The notes under the pieces were generated by a model. The model was not told where the DNA came from. It saw nothing but the letters and a program-made list of their open reading frames with translations, and made no database searches. Positions 27,358 to 36,226 of a DNA stretch of 64,000 bases are shown here, in pieces. A program made the translations under genes and the position numbers. The stretch is from an uncultured Anaerolineaceae bacterium (GTDB lineage Bacteria; Chloroflexota; Anaerolineae; Anaerolineales; Anaerolineaceae), in contig CAZQLE010000002.1 in NCBI GenBank assembly GCA_964593905.1, forward strand, positions 3,387 through 67,386, read 5' to 3'. Numbering within the stretch: the first letter of the stretch is position 1; every line of letters starts with the position of its first letter.

Positions 27358-28947
27358 TCAGGTCAAACGAACTACAGGAAATTGATTATAAACCTGTTTG
27401 CCGGTAATCACATCACGGGCGGTGATGGTCAGGCGCTTGTTGTGATCGATAAAGAATTCCACATCAAAACGGGCCTCACCGCGCGAAGCCGGAGGGTTGG
27501 CCTGTAAAAAGGTAGGAGAATGCTCGTTCATCCAGAATAAAGTGCGCTGTTCATGGTCATCAGCCGATATGGGAACAATGCGGGCCGCTCCGCCCGGATC
27601 GAATATCAGCTCGACCCCTTCCCGGCGGGCGGTTTTCGGGTCGCCCATCTCAAAAATTGCCAGGCCAAGTTGTTTTTGACCGTCAAACGCGGCTTTGACC
27701 GAAAGCCGGGCGACAGAATTTTCTGTCGGGTAGGGTGTACCGCGCTGCACAAGAGGGTGGTAGTCATATTTGCCACTCTCGCTGTTGATGTAGCGAATGG
27801 CGTAATCATGCTGGATGTGATCAAAGAAATCGACCCCGGCAGCAAATGCAGCCGCGCCGCGGGCGATGGCATCAAAAGGATGCTGATGAAAAACCCGTTC
27901 TTTGCCAAACAGGGTGCGCATTGTTTTTTGGACGGCCGGGATCAGGCTGCTGCCGCCAACCATCAACACGGCCGAAATGGAGTCTTCGTCGTAACCGCGT
28001 TCGCGCGCCATATTGACCGCGCTGCGGATGACGCTGTGCACCTGGGTTAGAAGGTCATGGGCTTCGAGGATCTCTTCAAATCGTGCGCGGGTGAATTCGG
28101 CCATCAGAATTTCACCCGTATCAGGGTTCATCAGGCTGAACTCTGACTGGTCTTTAAATGAAAGTTCCTCTTTAATCCGTTCACATTCCACCAGAATGGC
28201 ATTGCTAAGCCGTCGTACGGTTTCTTCACCTTCTTCGCGGTGATTGCTGGCCAGAACATCTTCATACAACCATTGATCAATAGCCGATCCGCCTATATCT
28301 CGTCCGGCTTTTCCCAACACCCGGCAGCGGCGGCCATTTTTGGCAGCCGCATCTTCTTCCATTCGTACCACAGCAGCGTGCATGGTGCCGCCGCCAAAAT
28401 CGAACACCAGATAAACACTGCCCGGTTGAATATGCGCGCCATATCCCAGCGCAGCAGCAGACGGCTCATCGATCAACCGATAACGGGGCAGACCTGCGTT
28501 TTCGGCAACGGAGGCGAGCCAGTTTTCATAATGCTCGTAAGCCTCAACCGGAACGCTGAACGCAATTTCTTCATCTTTAAGTTCAAGTTCCTGCGCCAGA
28601 ATGATCAAGACGGTGGATAGAAAATTTTGCCCGGCCAGATAGGGTGTGATTTCCCGGTCATCCACCCGGATTTTTACCGGGCTGCGGTTGCCGATGTACC
28701 GTTTCATCCAGCGAAAGGTGCGGGGTGATTGATAAAGGCCGCGCTGGATCACCTGATTGCCGATCCATTGGCGTTGATCGGCCGTGTAATGGATCAGTGA
28801 AGGAATGACCGAAATGCGGCCGGTATCCTGACCGAGCAAACGGCCATATTCCGGCAGGTGATGAACTTCACCCTGCTGTTGATGCTCATCCCAACGTGCA
28901 ATGACCGTATTGGAAGTGCCAAAATCAATTGCAATGCGACCGCTCAA
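27358..28947 (-). CDS. Non-canonical Hsp70/DnaK-family ATPase (529 aa)
   Basis: Actin-fold NBD motifs IAIDFGTSNT, LIDEPSAAALGYG, VFDFGGGTMH and MVGGSSLIPAV. Short divergent C-terminal domain with no EEVD tail. Confidence 0.85.
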   Translation of the reverse strand: MSGRIAIDFGTSNTVIARWDEHQQQGEVHHLPEYGRLLGQDTGRISVIPSLIHYTADQRQWIGNQVIQRGLYQSPRTFRWMKRYIGNRSPVKIRVDDREITPYLAGQNFLSTVLIILAQELELKDEEIAFSVPVEAYEHYENWLASVAENAGLPRYRLIDEPSAAALGYGAHIQPGSVYLVFDFGGGTMHAAVVRMEEDAAAKNGRRCRVLGKAGRDIGGSAIDQWLYEDVLASNHREEGEETVRRLSNAILVECERIKEELSFKDQSEFSLMNPDTGEILMAEFTRARFEEILEAHDLLTQVHSVIRSAVNMARERGYDEDSISAVLMVGGSSLIPAVQKTMRTLFGKERVFHQHPFDAIARGAAAFAAGVDFFDHIQHDYAIRYINSESGKYDYHPLVQRGTPYPTENSVARLSVKAAFDGQKQLGLAIFEMGDPKTARREGVELIFDPGGAARIVPISADDHEQRTLFWMNEHSPTFLQANPPASRGEARFDVEFFIDHNKRLTITARDVITGKQVYNQFPVVRLT

Positions 28948-29438
28948 AATGGAACCTCTATCATGGCGTCAACGCCGATTTTTCGAATAATCTTGTCGCC
29001 CAAACTCACACCGCAAACCTTGATTATTACCGGGTCATCGGGCGCAATGGACTGATTGCTCCCGAGCAGAAGGTGTTGATCGGGATCGTATGCCGTGGGT
29101 TGGCCGATTTCGCCGGTGAAGGCAACCCCTTTTTTTGACAGGGTTTTTTCAAGCTGTGAAAAGACGCGCAGAACATCGTTGACGCCCACTTTGCTGTTTT
29201 CGGCGGCTGCCAGGCGCGCTTGCGTTTTCCACTGAATCAGCATGGGTGCAAGTTCGGCTATGAGCTGCTCAAAAATTTGTATGTCTGCATCCTGAGAAAA
29301 TAACAGATGCTGTTCTTTTTGTATGCGCAGCTCTTTTTCAAGGTCGGATAGACGCTGATTTTTCTCAAACAACTCGGATTCCAGCGCCTGAATTTTTGCC
29401 TGTGAATCTTGATTAGGGTCTGCGAATTTCGGGTTCAT
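28944..29438 (-). CDS. GrpE-like nucleotide exchange factor
   Basis: N-terminal coiled coil (KIQALESELFEKNQRLSDLEKELRIQKE) and a C-terminal beta domain with AYDPDQHLLL resembling the GrpE FDPxxHxA motif. ATGA overlap with the Hsp70 start. Confidence 0.55.
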   Translation of the reverse strand: MNPKFADPNQDSQAKIQALESELFEKNQRLSDLEKELRIQKEQHLLFSQDADIQIFEQLIAELAPMLIQWKTQARLAAAENSKVGVNDVLRVFSQLEKTLSKKGVAFTGEIGQPTAYDPDQHLLLGSNQSIAPDDPVIIKVCGVSLGDKIIRKIGVDAMIEVPF

Positions 29439-29641
29439 ATTTATCCAACCTGTTCTCTGGCGCCATAAGGCAGGTCTGTTTTGCAGTCCGTCTGGGGCGC
29501 TTTATATTCTCCCGATTTTACCGCGAAAACCCGGTCCATTGAGGATCGGAGCCAGTAACCGGCCTGTTTTAATTGCCATGTTCAATGGCGGGGCTGCCGG
29601 CCATGCTGCGGAAGATTAAATCATTTCTGGTGCTGTTTTTA

Positions 29642-32305
29642 TTAAAGAAGAATATCGTACGCCCCCGGCTTTACATGGGTTAGAACATCAATTTGAACCT
29701 CAAAGCGGTAGTGGTATTGCAGGCAGGCTTGAAGTAACCGCATCCACTTGAGCGTTTGTGAAGCGATGTTATCTGCTGACTGCCACTGCTCCAATAAGGT
29801 GATTAACCCGGCCGGTTGAGCCGAAATGGGGCGATTCCAGTTGTTTGAAAAATCCTGAATCCGCAGATCCCACAGCGAAATGCCGTTTTCGCGCGACCCA
29901 AGGGCAAGGAAGGCGCCGTCGGGTGAGGCGTGAACCGATGTAATATTTTGCCACGGAGATTTAATGGCAGCCAGCAGCTCTAATGATTCGGTAAACAGAT
30001 TTAGATCACCATTTAACCAGGCCACTGCCACCCCTGAACGAGTGGGCAGTTGAATTAACCCCGAGCATTTGGCATCATTTTTAACCAGCGAACGGATTTG
30101 CATGGCTTCACGCCCGGTTTTTTGGGAAAAAATTATGATCTGCCCGTTGGCCAACCCCACCCAGAGCTGTCCGGTTGAATCGGTACCGCACTGCTGGGCG
30201 ATGCTGCGTTTTGTTCCGGGTGTTTTCAACGGGTAAGAGACCAGCCGCCCGCCGGTTTTAAAATCTTCCAGACGAACCGAGTGGAGCATTTCATCAAGCA
30301 GATACAGGAATTTCTCGTCGGGTGAGTTGCAAATGGTGCGAAATGTGCGCGAGAGATTAATTTCGCTGACTTCTGCGGGGTCGAATACGTCCAGTTGGCA
30401 GACACGCATATCGGCGCCGCTGGTGATCAGGGTTCGATCTCCCATTACCAGCAGTGCGGTAACCGACCCCAGATGCTGGTTTAGTTTGCGGGTCTCTTTA
30501 CCATTCCATAACCACACCGAACAGGGTTCTGTGCGTTTTGCGGCGCGCTCTCCCCAGATAATTTCACCCGAAGGGAGACTTTCAACCCGATAGGCTGAAT
30601 GTGCCAGGTTGTCCATCCGGGCGGCAATGACCGCCTCCTGGTAATTCCAACGTACAATTGAGCGGCTGCCCGAGGCGATGGTGAGCAACGGCTCAACCGG
30701 CGAGAAGCTCAAATCATTAATCCGTCCGCTTACCCTGATTTGTGATTGCATTGCCAGCGCAGCAAAAGCCGGTTTTTCAAATTGACCGGCAAAGGAAGCG
30801 TGGATCTGTTTTAGTTCGTTATAAAACACGATATCTTGCTCACCGGGCAACCACTCTGAACGGAAAATTTCTTCCAGCGCCCGGGCAGCGCAAGTAAGTG
30901 GCAAATCGAATAATAATTGCCAAAGCTGGTCCCAGCTTTGATGGTTGATGTGGATATCGATCAGCAGATCTGCTTCATCGCAGCCCATTTCAGGGCGGGC
31001 AGATGTGCTTTTGGCAGAAGATAAAATCTCCAAATCTTCCGGCCGGCCGGCGGACTGAATTTTGCGCGAAATTCGCTTGCGCAGTTCGGGCGCAGCGGCC
31101 GTATACAGCGCCCGCAAAACGCGGCGGTCAAAATCCAGCGCATCATAAGCTGCATATTGCCCGGTGAGATAATAAAACAACGCGCGATCTTCAATTTTGA
31201 TCGGTGCATAACCTGCTTCGGTGGCGATTTTTAACGCGCGGGCGTGGTTTTGGTTGAGCGCCAACCGGCAAAATTCATCCACTGCCGCCCGATCTTGCAA
31301 ACCAGACAGAGCCTGTTGAACATTGGTCTGGATAATGGGGTCTGGCTCATCGATCCACTGGAGGAGGTGGGCAATTGCTTCGGGAATTGTGGTCTCAGAA
31401 ATTAAAGATGCGCCGACTTTGGCACGGGTGAGCAGCCGCAGCGACAGCGGGGCTGAGGCCGTATATTTTGCCCGTACCAGAATATCTTCCAGGTCTGATG
31501 AGCGGGTATCTGCCCACTGCTGGCAAAAAACATCGACTGAGGGTTGAGTGGGCAATGAAGCGCAGAGAAAGCCCGCATTGTGCTGCAAGGCGGGGCTGAC
31601 ATCGTGCATTGCATCGATCAAAATCGGTACAGCTTCTGCGATAACCGGTGTTAACCATTCGGGATGATTGGTCAGCAATGCCGTATATACCACAGCGCGC
31701 AATGGTTCGGTGGGATGATATTGTGTTGCAGTAATTAATGCTGCCAGTGTCGCATCGCGGGTGACCATCCATAATTTGCAAAGGGCGTTGATTGCGTCTT
31801 GCCGTTTGAGGTTGGAAAGCGCATTCCGGGCCCGTTCGGCGACCAGAGGGTCCTTATCTTCACGTTTGATTACCAGAGCGGGAATGAGATCTTCATTAAT
31901 CAAACGTTCCGTATTCTTTTTGTTTAACACCAGCAGGCTTAATGCACGCATCTCTGGCGGGTGTCTGGCGGGTTGATCCAATTCGAGCAGCAGTTCACGG
32001 ATCACCGCGGGGCGATGGTTGCTGGCGTAAACATCCCATAGGATGTCTATCGCAATATTGGAACGAAGGCTGATGAACAGATCGTGCACCGCGCTGTGAA
32101 TTTCAGGGTCATCATACAGCATTAAAAATTTGGCGCATAAGCGCAGCGCCGATTGGTCGCCAGCCCTGGCAAGCTGCACCAACTGGTTCACCGCGGTGCG
32201 CTGCGCCCAACCGCTGACCACGGGGAATTGGATATTGGCGAGGCGTTCCCAGCGCTGTGCTGCGGCGGAGGGCAGAGCGGTGCGTTTTGAGCGATAAGAA
32301 GGCAT
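29642..32305 (-). CDS. HEAT-like repeat plus degenerate WD40/beta-propeller protein (paralog B)
   Basis: Shares ALFYYLTGQYAAYDALDFDRRVLRALY with paralog A. HEAT-like N-terminal half. C-terminal half has repeated beta-strand units (GISLWDL, SIVRWNY, SVWLWNG). Start is 2 nt after the AAA+ stop. Confidence 0.7.
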   Translation of the reverse strand: MPSYRSKRTALPSAAAQRWERLANIQFPVVSGWAQRTAVNQLVQLARAGDQSALRLCAKFLMLYDDPEIHSAVHDLFISLRSNIAIDILWDVYASNHRPAVIRELLLELDQPARHPPEMRALSLLVLNKKNTERLINEDLIPALVIKREDKDPLVAERARNALSNLKRQDAINALCKLWMVTRDATLAALITATQYHPTEPLRAVVYTALLTNHPEWLTPVIAEAVPILIDAMHDVSPALQHNAGFLCASLPTQPSVDVFCQQWADTRSSDLEDILVRAKYTASAPLSLRLLTRAKVGASLISETTIPEAIAHLLQWIDEPDPIIQTNVQQALSGLQDRAAVDEFCRLALNQNHARALKIATEAGYAPIKIEDRALFYYLTGQYAAYDALDFDRRVLRALYTAAAPELRKRISRKIQSAGRPEDLEILSSAKSTSARPEMGCDEADLLIDIHINHQSWDQLWQLLFDLPLTCAARALEEIFRSEWLPGEQDIVFYNELKQIHASFAGQFEKPAFAALAMQSQIRVSGRINDLSFSPVEPLLTIASGSRSIVRWNYQEAVIAARMDNLAHSAYRVESLPSGEIIWGERAAKRTEPCSVWLWNGKETRKLNQHLGSVTALLVMGDRTLITSGADMRVCQLDVFDPAEVSEINLSRTFRTICNSPDEKFLYLLDEMLHSVRLEDFKTGGRLVSYPLKTPGTKRSIAQQCGTDSTGQLWVGLANGQIIIFSQKTGREAMQIRSLVKNDAKCSGLIQLPTRSGVAVAWLNGDLNLFTESLELLAAIKSPWQNITSVHASPDGAFLALGSRENGISLWDLRIQDFSNNWNRPISAQPAGLITLLEQWQSADNIASQTLKWMRLLQACLQYHYRFEVQIDVLTHVKPGAYDILL

Positions 32306-32307
32306 GT

Positions 32308-33846
32308 TTATTTTTTGGATTTAAGCTCAAGCTGAATGGGCACAAACTGATTGGCGGCTTCTTCAAACTCCTGGAAGGAAGCCGATTGGGCGCGCCCTTC
32401 ACGCAGCCAGTTGCGCAGGGTGTCGATGCGTTCGCGCTGTGAGATACTGAGCGGCACCTGTTTGTGAACGGCAGTCATAATATCGGCAGTGGTAAACTCT
32501 CGCTGGTGGTCATTGAAGCCGATATACATGGCATCGATGACCGCCTGTTCAATTTCAGACCCGACATAACCGCTGGTTTCAGCGGCAAGCTGGCTGATTT
32601 GAAAATCAACCGGCAGGCGACCGCGTTTTTTGAGATGAACGGAAAAAATTTCTTCACGCTCTTCCTGGGTTGGCAGATCGAGGAAAAAAATCTCATCAAA
32701 ACGGCCGCGGCGCAGCAATTCGGGCGGCAGACTGGCGATATCATTTGCCGTGGCTACCACAAAGACGGGTGAGGTTTTTTCCTGCATCCAGGTCAAGATG
32801 GTTCCAAAAACGCGGGTGGAGGTGCCGCTGTCAAGCCCGCCGTGGGCCAGCGCTTTTTCCATTTCATCGATCCACAAGATACACGGCGCAACGGTTTCTA
32901 CCAGATGCAGAGCGCGGCGCACTCGTTCTTCCGATTCGCCAACCAATGAGCCGAATAATGCTCCAACATCCAACCGGACCAGCGGCAGCCGCCAGAGACC
33001 ACCGATCATTTTTGCGGTCAGGCTTTTGCCGGTGCCGGGAATGCCGATCAGGGCTATTCCCTTGGGAGAGGGAAGCCCGTAACGTCGGGCTTCGTGGGTG
33101 AAGGCTTGTTCACGCAGGCGCAGCCAGTTTTTTAACACCCCCAGCCCACCAACATCTTCAGGAGATTCAAGCGCTGAAAAGAACTCCAGCGCTTCATTTT
33201 CACGGATGATCTGTTTTTTTTCTTCGGTTACCAGGTCGATATCGCGCTCATCCAGTATGCCGTCGCGGACAATGGCTTTGGCAAATACGCGCTGCGCCTG
33301 GGCAGCGGTCAGCCCCAGCGCTGCCTGGAGCAGCTTCTCTCTGCCCAGAGAGGTCAGGTCAACCTTTACGCCGGGGGTGGCGGTGAGAGAATTCAATACC
33401 CGATCCAGATCTACGGTGGAAGGCAGTGGGTAATCCAGCAAAATGGCCTCATCGCGCAGCTCTTCCGGGATTTTGGCAACCGGAGCTGTGATGATGACCG
33501 ACTTTTTGGAAAATTTTAATCGCTGGCAAACGCTGCGCAGTTTGCGTTTGATTACCGGGTTTGACCAGGATTCGTGGAAATCTTTAAGGATGTATACAGC
33601 GCTGTTGTTGCGGTCTGCTTTTTCAATTTGATCGAGCGCACTGAGCGGGTCTTTACCCGCAGTGGGGCCGCCCGTGCCCGAAAGGGTCTGAAACCCATCG
33701 GCCACATCCCACGAGGCGCAAAGGCGGCTGCTGCGGTCACATAGATTTTTAATAGCCGCAACCATACGTTCCTCTTCGGGAGAAACCAGGATGATCAACG
33801 TAAATTTGGAACGCAAATACATATCCAATTGTTCTTCAAAGTTCAC
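32308..33846 (-). CDS. Ycf46-like classical AAA+ ATPase
   Basis: Walker A GIPGTGKS, Walker [20 protein letters not shown]-terminus [27 protein letters not shown] resembles Ycf46. GTG 33846 is preceded by GGAGG. The track ATG at 33996 lies upstream of the predicted promoter and 10 nt from zur. Confidence 0.8.
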   Translation of the reverse strand: MNFEEQLDMYLRSKFTLIILVSPEEERMVAAIKNLCDRSSRLCASWDVADGFQTLSGTGGPTAGKDPLSALDQIEKADRNNSAVYILKDFHESWSNPVIKRKLRSVCQRLKFSKKSVIITAPVAKIPEELRDEAILLDYPLPSTVDLDRVLNSLTATPGVKVDLTSLGREKLLQAALGLTAAQAQRVFAKAIVRDGILDERDIDLVTEEKKQIIRENEALEFFSALESPEDVGGLGVLKNWLRLREQAFTHEARRYGLPSPKGIALIGIPGTGKSLTAKMIGGLWRLPLVRLDVGALFGSLVGESEERVRRALHLVETVAPCILWIDEMEKALAHGGLDSGTSTRVFGTILTWMQEKTSPVFVVATANDIASLPPELLRRGRFDEIFFLDLPTQEEREEIFSVHLKKRGRLPVDFQISQLAAETSGYVGSEIEQAVIDAMYIGFNDHQREFTTADIMTAVHKQVPLSISQRERIDTLRNWLREGRAQSASFQEFEEAANQFVPIQLELKSKK

Positions 33847-33903
33847 AATGGCCTCCGGTTGAGGGCAGCAGCCGATCATTTCATGACATAATCTTGTGGG
33901 GGG

Positions 33904-33932
33904 ATTATACTCTGTGTGAAGCAGATGGGCAA
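33904..33932 (-). promoter_or_regulatory. Promoter for the AAA+ operon
   Basis: Minus strand TTGCCC (33932-33927), 17 nt, TATAAT (33909-33904). Confidence 0.5.
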
Positions 33933-33951
33933 TTAAACAGCTTTGCCGGGT

Positions 33952-33980
33952 TTGACAGTCCTGCAAAAATGCCATACAAT
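33952..33980 (+). promoter_or_regulatory. Consensus sigma70 promoter for zur-znuCB
   Basis: TTGACA (33952-33957), 17 nt, TACAAT (33975-33980). Confidence 0.65.
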
Positions 33981-33995
33981 TGAAAAACGTTTTCA
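33981..33995. promoter_or_regulatory. Zur-box-like palindrome
   Basis: TGAAAA-ACG-TTTTCA immediately after the -10 element. It resembles the actinobacterial Zur box TGAAAATGATTTTCA (from memory). Confidence 0.55.
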
Positions 33996-34012
33996 TTTAT
34001 TGAGGTGTGCTG

Positions 34013-34471
34013 ATGGATAATTCACCGAATCCGCAAAATCTTGTCGATACCTGGTTGGAGCGATTGGCCGAAAGTGGTTATCGGATGACGTCGCCGCGGC
34101 GTGTCATTGTGGAAACCGTGGCGATTACAGAACGCGCCTTAAGCCCACTGGATATTTTTGATTTGGCCCGAAAGGACTATCCGGGTCTGGGGTTGGTTAC
34201 GGTTTATCGGACGCTTGAAAAACTGGAAGAACTTGAACTGGTGGAGCGTGTGCATCAGCAGGGTGGCTGTCATATGTATCTGCGCGCCTGCCAGGGGCAT
34301 CAGCATTTGTTGTTGTGCACCAAGTGTGGACGGGCGGAATACTTTAGCGGCGATAACATCAGCTCTCTGATGGATCGGATTGCGCTGCAAAGCGGGTATG
34401 AAATTAAAGATCACTGGTTGCAGCTTTTTGGTTTGTGTGCGCTTTGTCAGAATAACGGATCGGAAAAATAA
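34013..34471 (+). CDS. zur: Fur-family regulator, probably Zur
   Basis: wHTH followed by CTKCGR and CALCQ zinc-site pairs. Located upstream of znuCB. ATG 34013 follows GAGGTG; GTG 34007 is an alternative. Confidence 0.8.
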   Translation: MDNSPNPQNLVDTWLERLAESGYRMTSPRRVIVETVAITERALSPLDIFDLARKDYPGLGLVTVYRTLEKLEELELVERVHQQGGCHMYLRACQGHQHLLLCTKCGRAEYFSGDNISSLMDRIALQSGYEIKDHWLQLFGLCALCQNNGSEK

Positions 34472-34473
34472 TT

Positions 34474-35310
34474 TTGAGTCAGGGTGTATTGTTGAAAAAG
34501 CAGGATATGGATCTTTCTCTGGATGAGGCTTCACCGGCCCGTCTGGATATTCGCGATGTCTTTGCCGGTTATGAAAATCGGATGGTGCTGCAGAATTTAT
34601 CGTTGCAAATCAGTCACGGCGCCAAAGTGGCTGTGGTTGGCCCGAATGGAGCCGGTAAATCCACCTTATTTAAAACCCTGGTTGGGTTGATCCCGGTGCG
34701 GGCCGGTGAGATTTTAATTCACGGGCAGCCGCTTGGCCATCATCAAGACTGTGTGGCCTATGTTCCCCAGCGTGAAGAAGTGGACTGGCGCTTTCCGGTT
34801 ACAGTGACCGATGTGGTGATGATGGGCCGCTTTGGGCGGCTGGGGTGGCTGCAAAGGCCCGGTCAGCACGACCAGGAGATTGTGCGACGCAGCCTGGCAG
34901 CGATGGGCATCAGCGATCTGGCAAAACGATCGATTGGCAATTTGTCGGGCGGACAGCAGCAGCGGGTCTTTTTGGCGCGAGCACTGGCGCAGGAGCCACA
35001 TATTTTATTGTTGGATGAACCGTTTACCGGGGTCGATTCTTCGACCCAGGAGACCACGCTGGATCTGCTGGATAAGCTGCACCGCAAAGCGGTGACGGTG
35101 ATTGTTTCGACCCATGATCTGCAACTGGCCGCAGAACGGTTTGAACAGGTGTTGTTGATCAATAAGCGGGTGGTTGCTTTTGGCGCACCGGATGAAGTAT
35201 TTACCACCGAAAATTTGCAAGAAGCCTTTAGCGGCCAGGTGCTGCGGATGAATGGAAATCTGGTTGTGGACCAGTGTTGCCCGCCGCATGAATTGGAGGG
35301 AAACGAATGA
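34474..35310 (+). CDS. znuC: Metal (zinc/manganese) ABC transporter ATP-binding protein
   Basis: GPNGAGKST, LSGGQQQR, LLLDEP. The start could instead be ATG 34507. Confidence 0.8.
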   Translation: MSQGVLLKKQDMDLSLDEASPARLDIRDVFAGYENRMVLQNLSLQISHGAKVAVVGPNGAGKSTLFKTLVGLIPVRAGEILIHGQPLGHHQDCVAYVPQREEVDWRFPVTVTDVVMMGRFGRLGWLQRPGQHDQEIVRRSLAAMGISDLAKRSIGNLSGGQQQRVFLARALAQEPHILLLDEPFTGVDSSTQETTLDLLDKLHRKAVTVIVSTHDLQLAAERFEQVLLINKRVVAFGAPDEVFTTENLQEAFSGQVLRMNGNLVVDQCCPPHELEGNE

Positions 35311-36158
35311 TCACCTGGTGGCTGGCTCCACTGCAATATGGTTTTATGCAGCGCGGATTGACTGCGGCGCTGCTGGTTGGAATTGTTTGTTCTGTGATCG
35401 GTTGTTATGTTGTTCTGCGGTCCATGGCGTTTTTAGGTGATGCACTGGCACACGCCATTCTACCCGGCGTGGCGATTGCTTATCTGTTGGGGGGGAACCT
35501 GACGGTTGGGGCTTTGATTTCGGCAGGGTTTGTTGCCCTGGGAATAGGCTTTATCACCGCCCAGGGAACCATCAAAGAGGATACTGCGATTGGTATTTTG
35601 TTTACGGCGGCGCTTGCGCTGGGGGTGGGATTGATCAGTACAATTCGCTCTTATGCGGTGGATTTAAGCCATATCCTGTTTGGCAACATCCTCGGCGTTA
35701 GCAGTGAAGATTTGATTCTGACGGCGGTTGTGGGCATGGTTGTTCTGGGTGTGATTCTGGTGTTTTACAAACCATTTCTGGTCATATCATTTGACCCGGT
35801 ACTGGCGGCCACGCTGCGTTTGCCAGTCAAAGCGCTACGGTATTTAATGCTGCTATTACTGGCTTTTACGATCACAATCTCGATGCAGACAGTGGGGATT
35901 GGCCTTGTGGCGGCCATGTTGGTCACGCCGGGGGCAACGGCTTATCTTTTGACCCGCCGGCTGCCGACCATGATGCTATTGGCCGCGGTTTTTGGGGCGC
36001 TTTCGAGTATTCTGGGGCTTTATTTAAGTTATTACGCCAATATTGCCAGCGGTTCGGCCATTGTGCTGGTCGCAACTTTCTTCTTTGTTCTGGCTTATCT
36101 GGCCGCGCCCGGGCGCGGGCTGGTGTGGCAAAAACGAAAGGCACTGCGTAACGTTTGA
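35307..36158 (+). CDS. znuB: Metal ABC transporter permease
   Basis: ABC-3 family polytopic membrane protein (AFLGDALAHAILPGVA). ATGA overlap with znuC. Confidence 0.8.
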   Translation: MITWWLAPLQYGFMQRGLTAALLVGIVCSVIGCYVVLRSMAFLGDALAHAILPGVAIAYLLGGNLTVGALISAGFVALGIGFITAQGTIKEDTAIGILFTAALALGVGLISTIRSYAVDLSHILFGNILGVSSEDLILTAVVGMVVLGVILVFYKPFLVISFDPVLAATLRLPVKALRYLMLLLLAFTITISMQTVGIGLVAAMLVTPGATAYLLTRRLPTMMLLAAVFGALSSILGLYLSYYANIASGSAIVLVATFFFVLAYLAAPGRGLVWQKRKALRNV

Positions 36159-36177
36159 GCCGGTAAAATTAAAAAGC

Positions 36178-36215
36178 AATGGCCCGAGCGTAAATGCCCG
36201 GGCCATTATTTTTTG
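36178..36215. terminator. Bidirectional terminator between znuB and the SIMPL gene
   Basis: AATGGCCCG-12 nt-CGGGCCATT followed by ATTTTTTG, with an A-run upstream. Confidence 0.7.
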
Positions 36216-36226
36216 TTCTGGTTTTA

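Noticed and set aside
33847-33996. 50-codon N-terminal extension of the AAA+ ATPase (ATG 33996).
   Set aside because: It would leave only 10-16 nt to the divergent zur gene and would cover both predicted promoters and the Zur box. GTG 33846 has a GGAGG RBS and gives a Ycf46-like N-terminus. ATG 33879 remains a weaker alternative.
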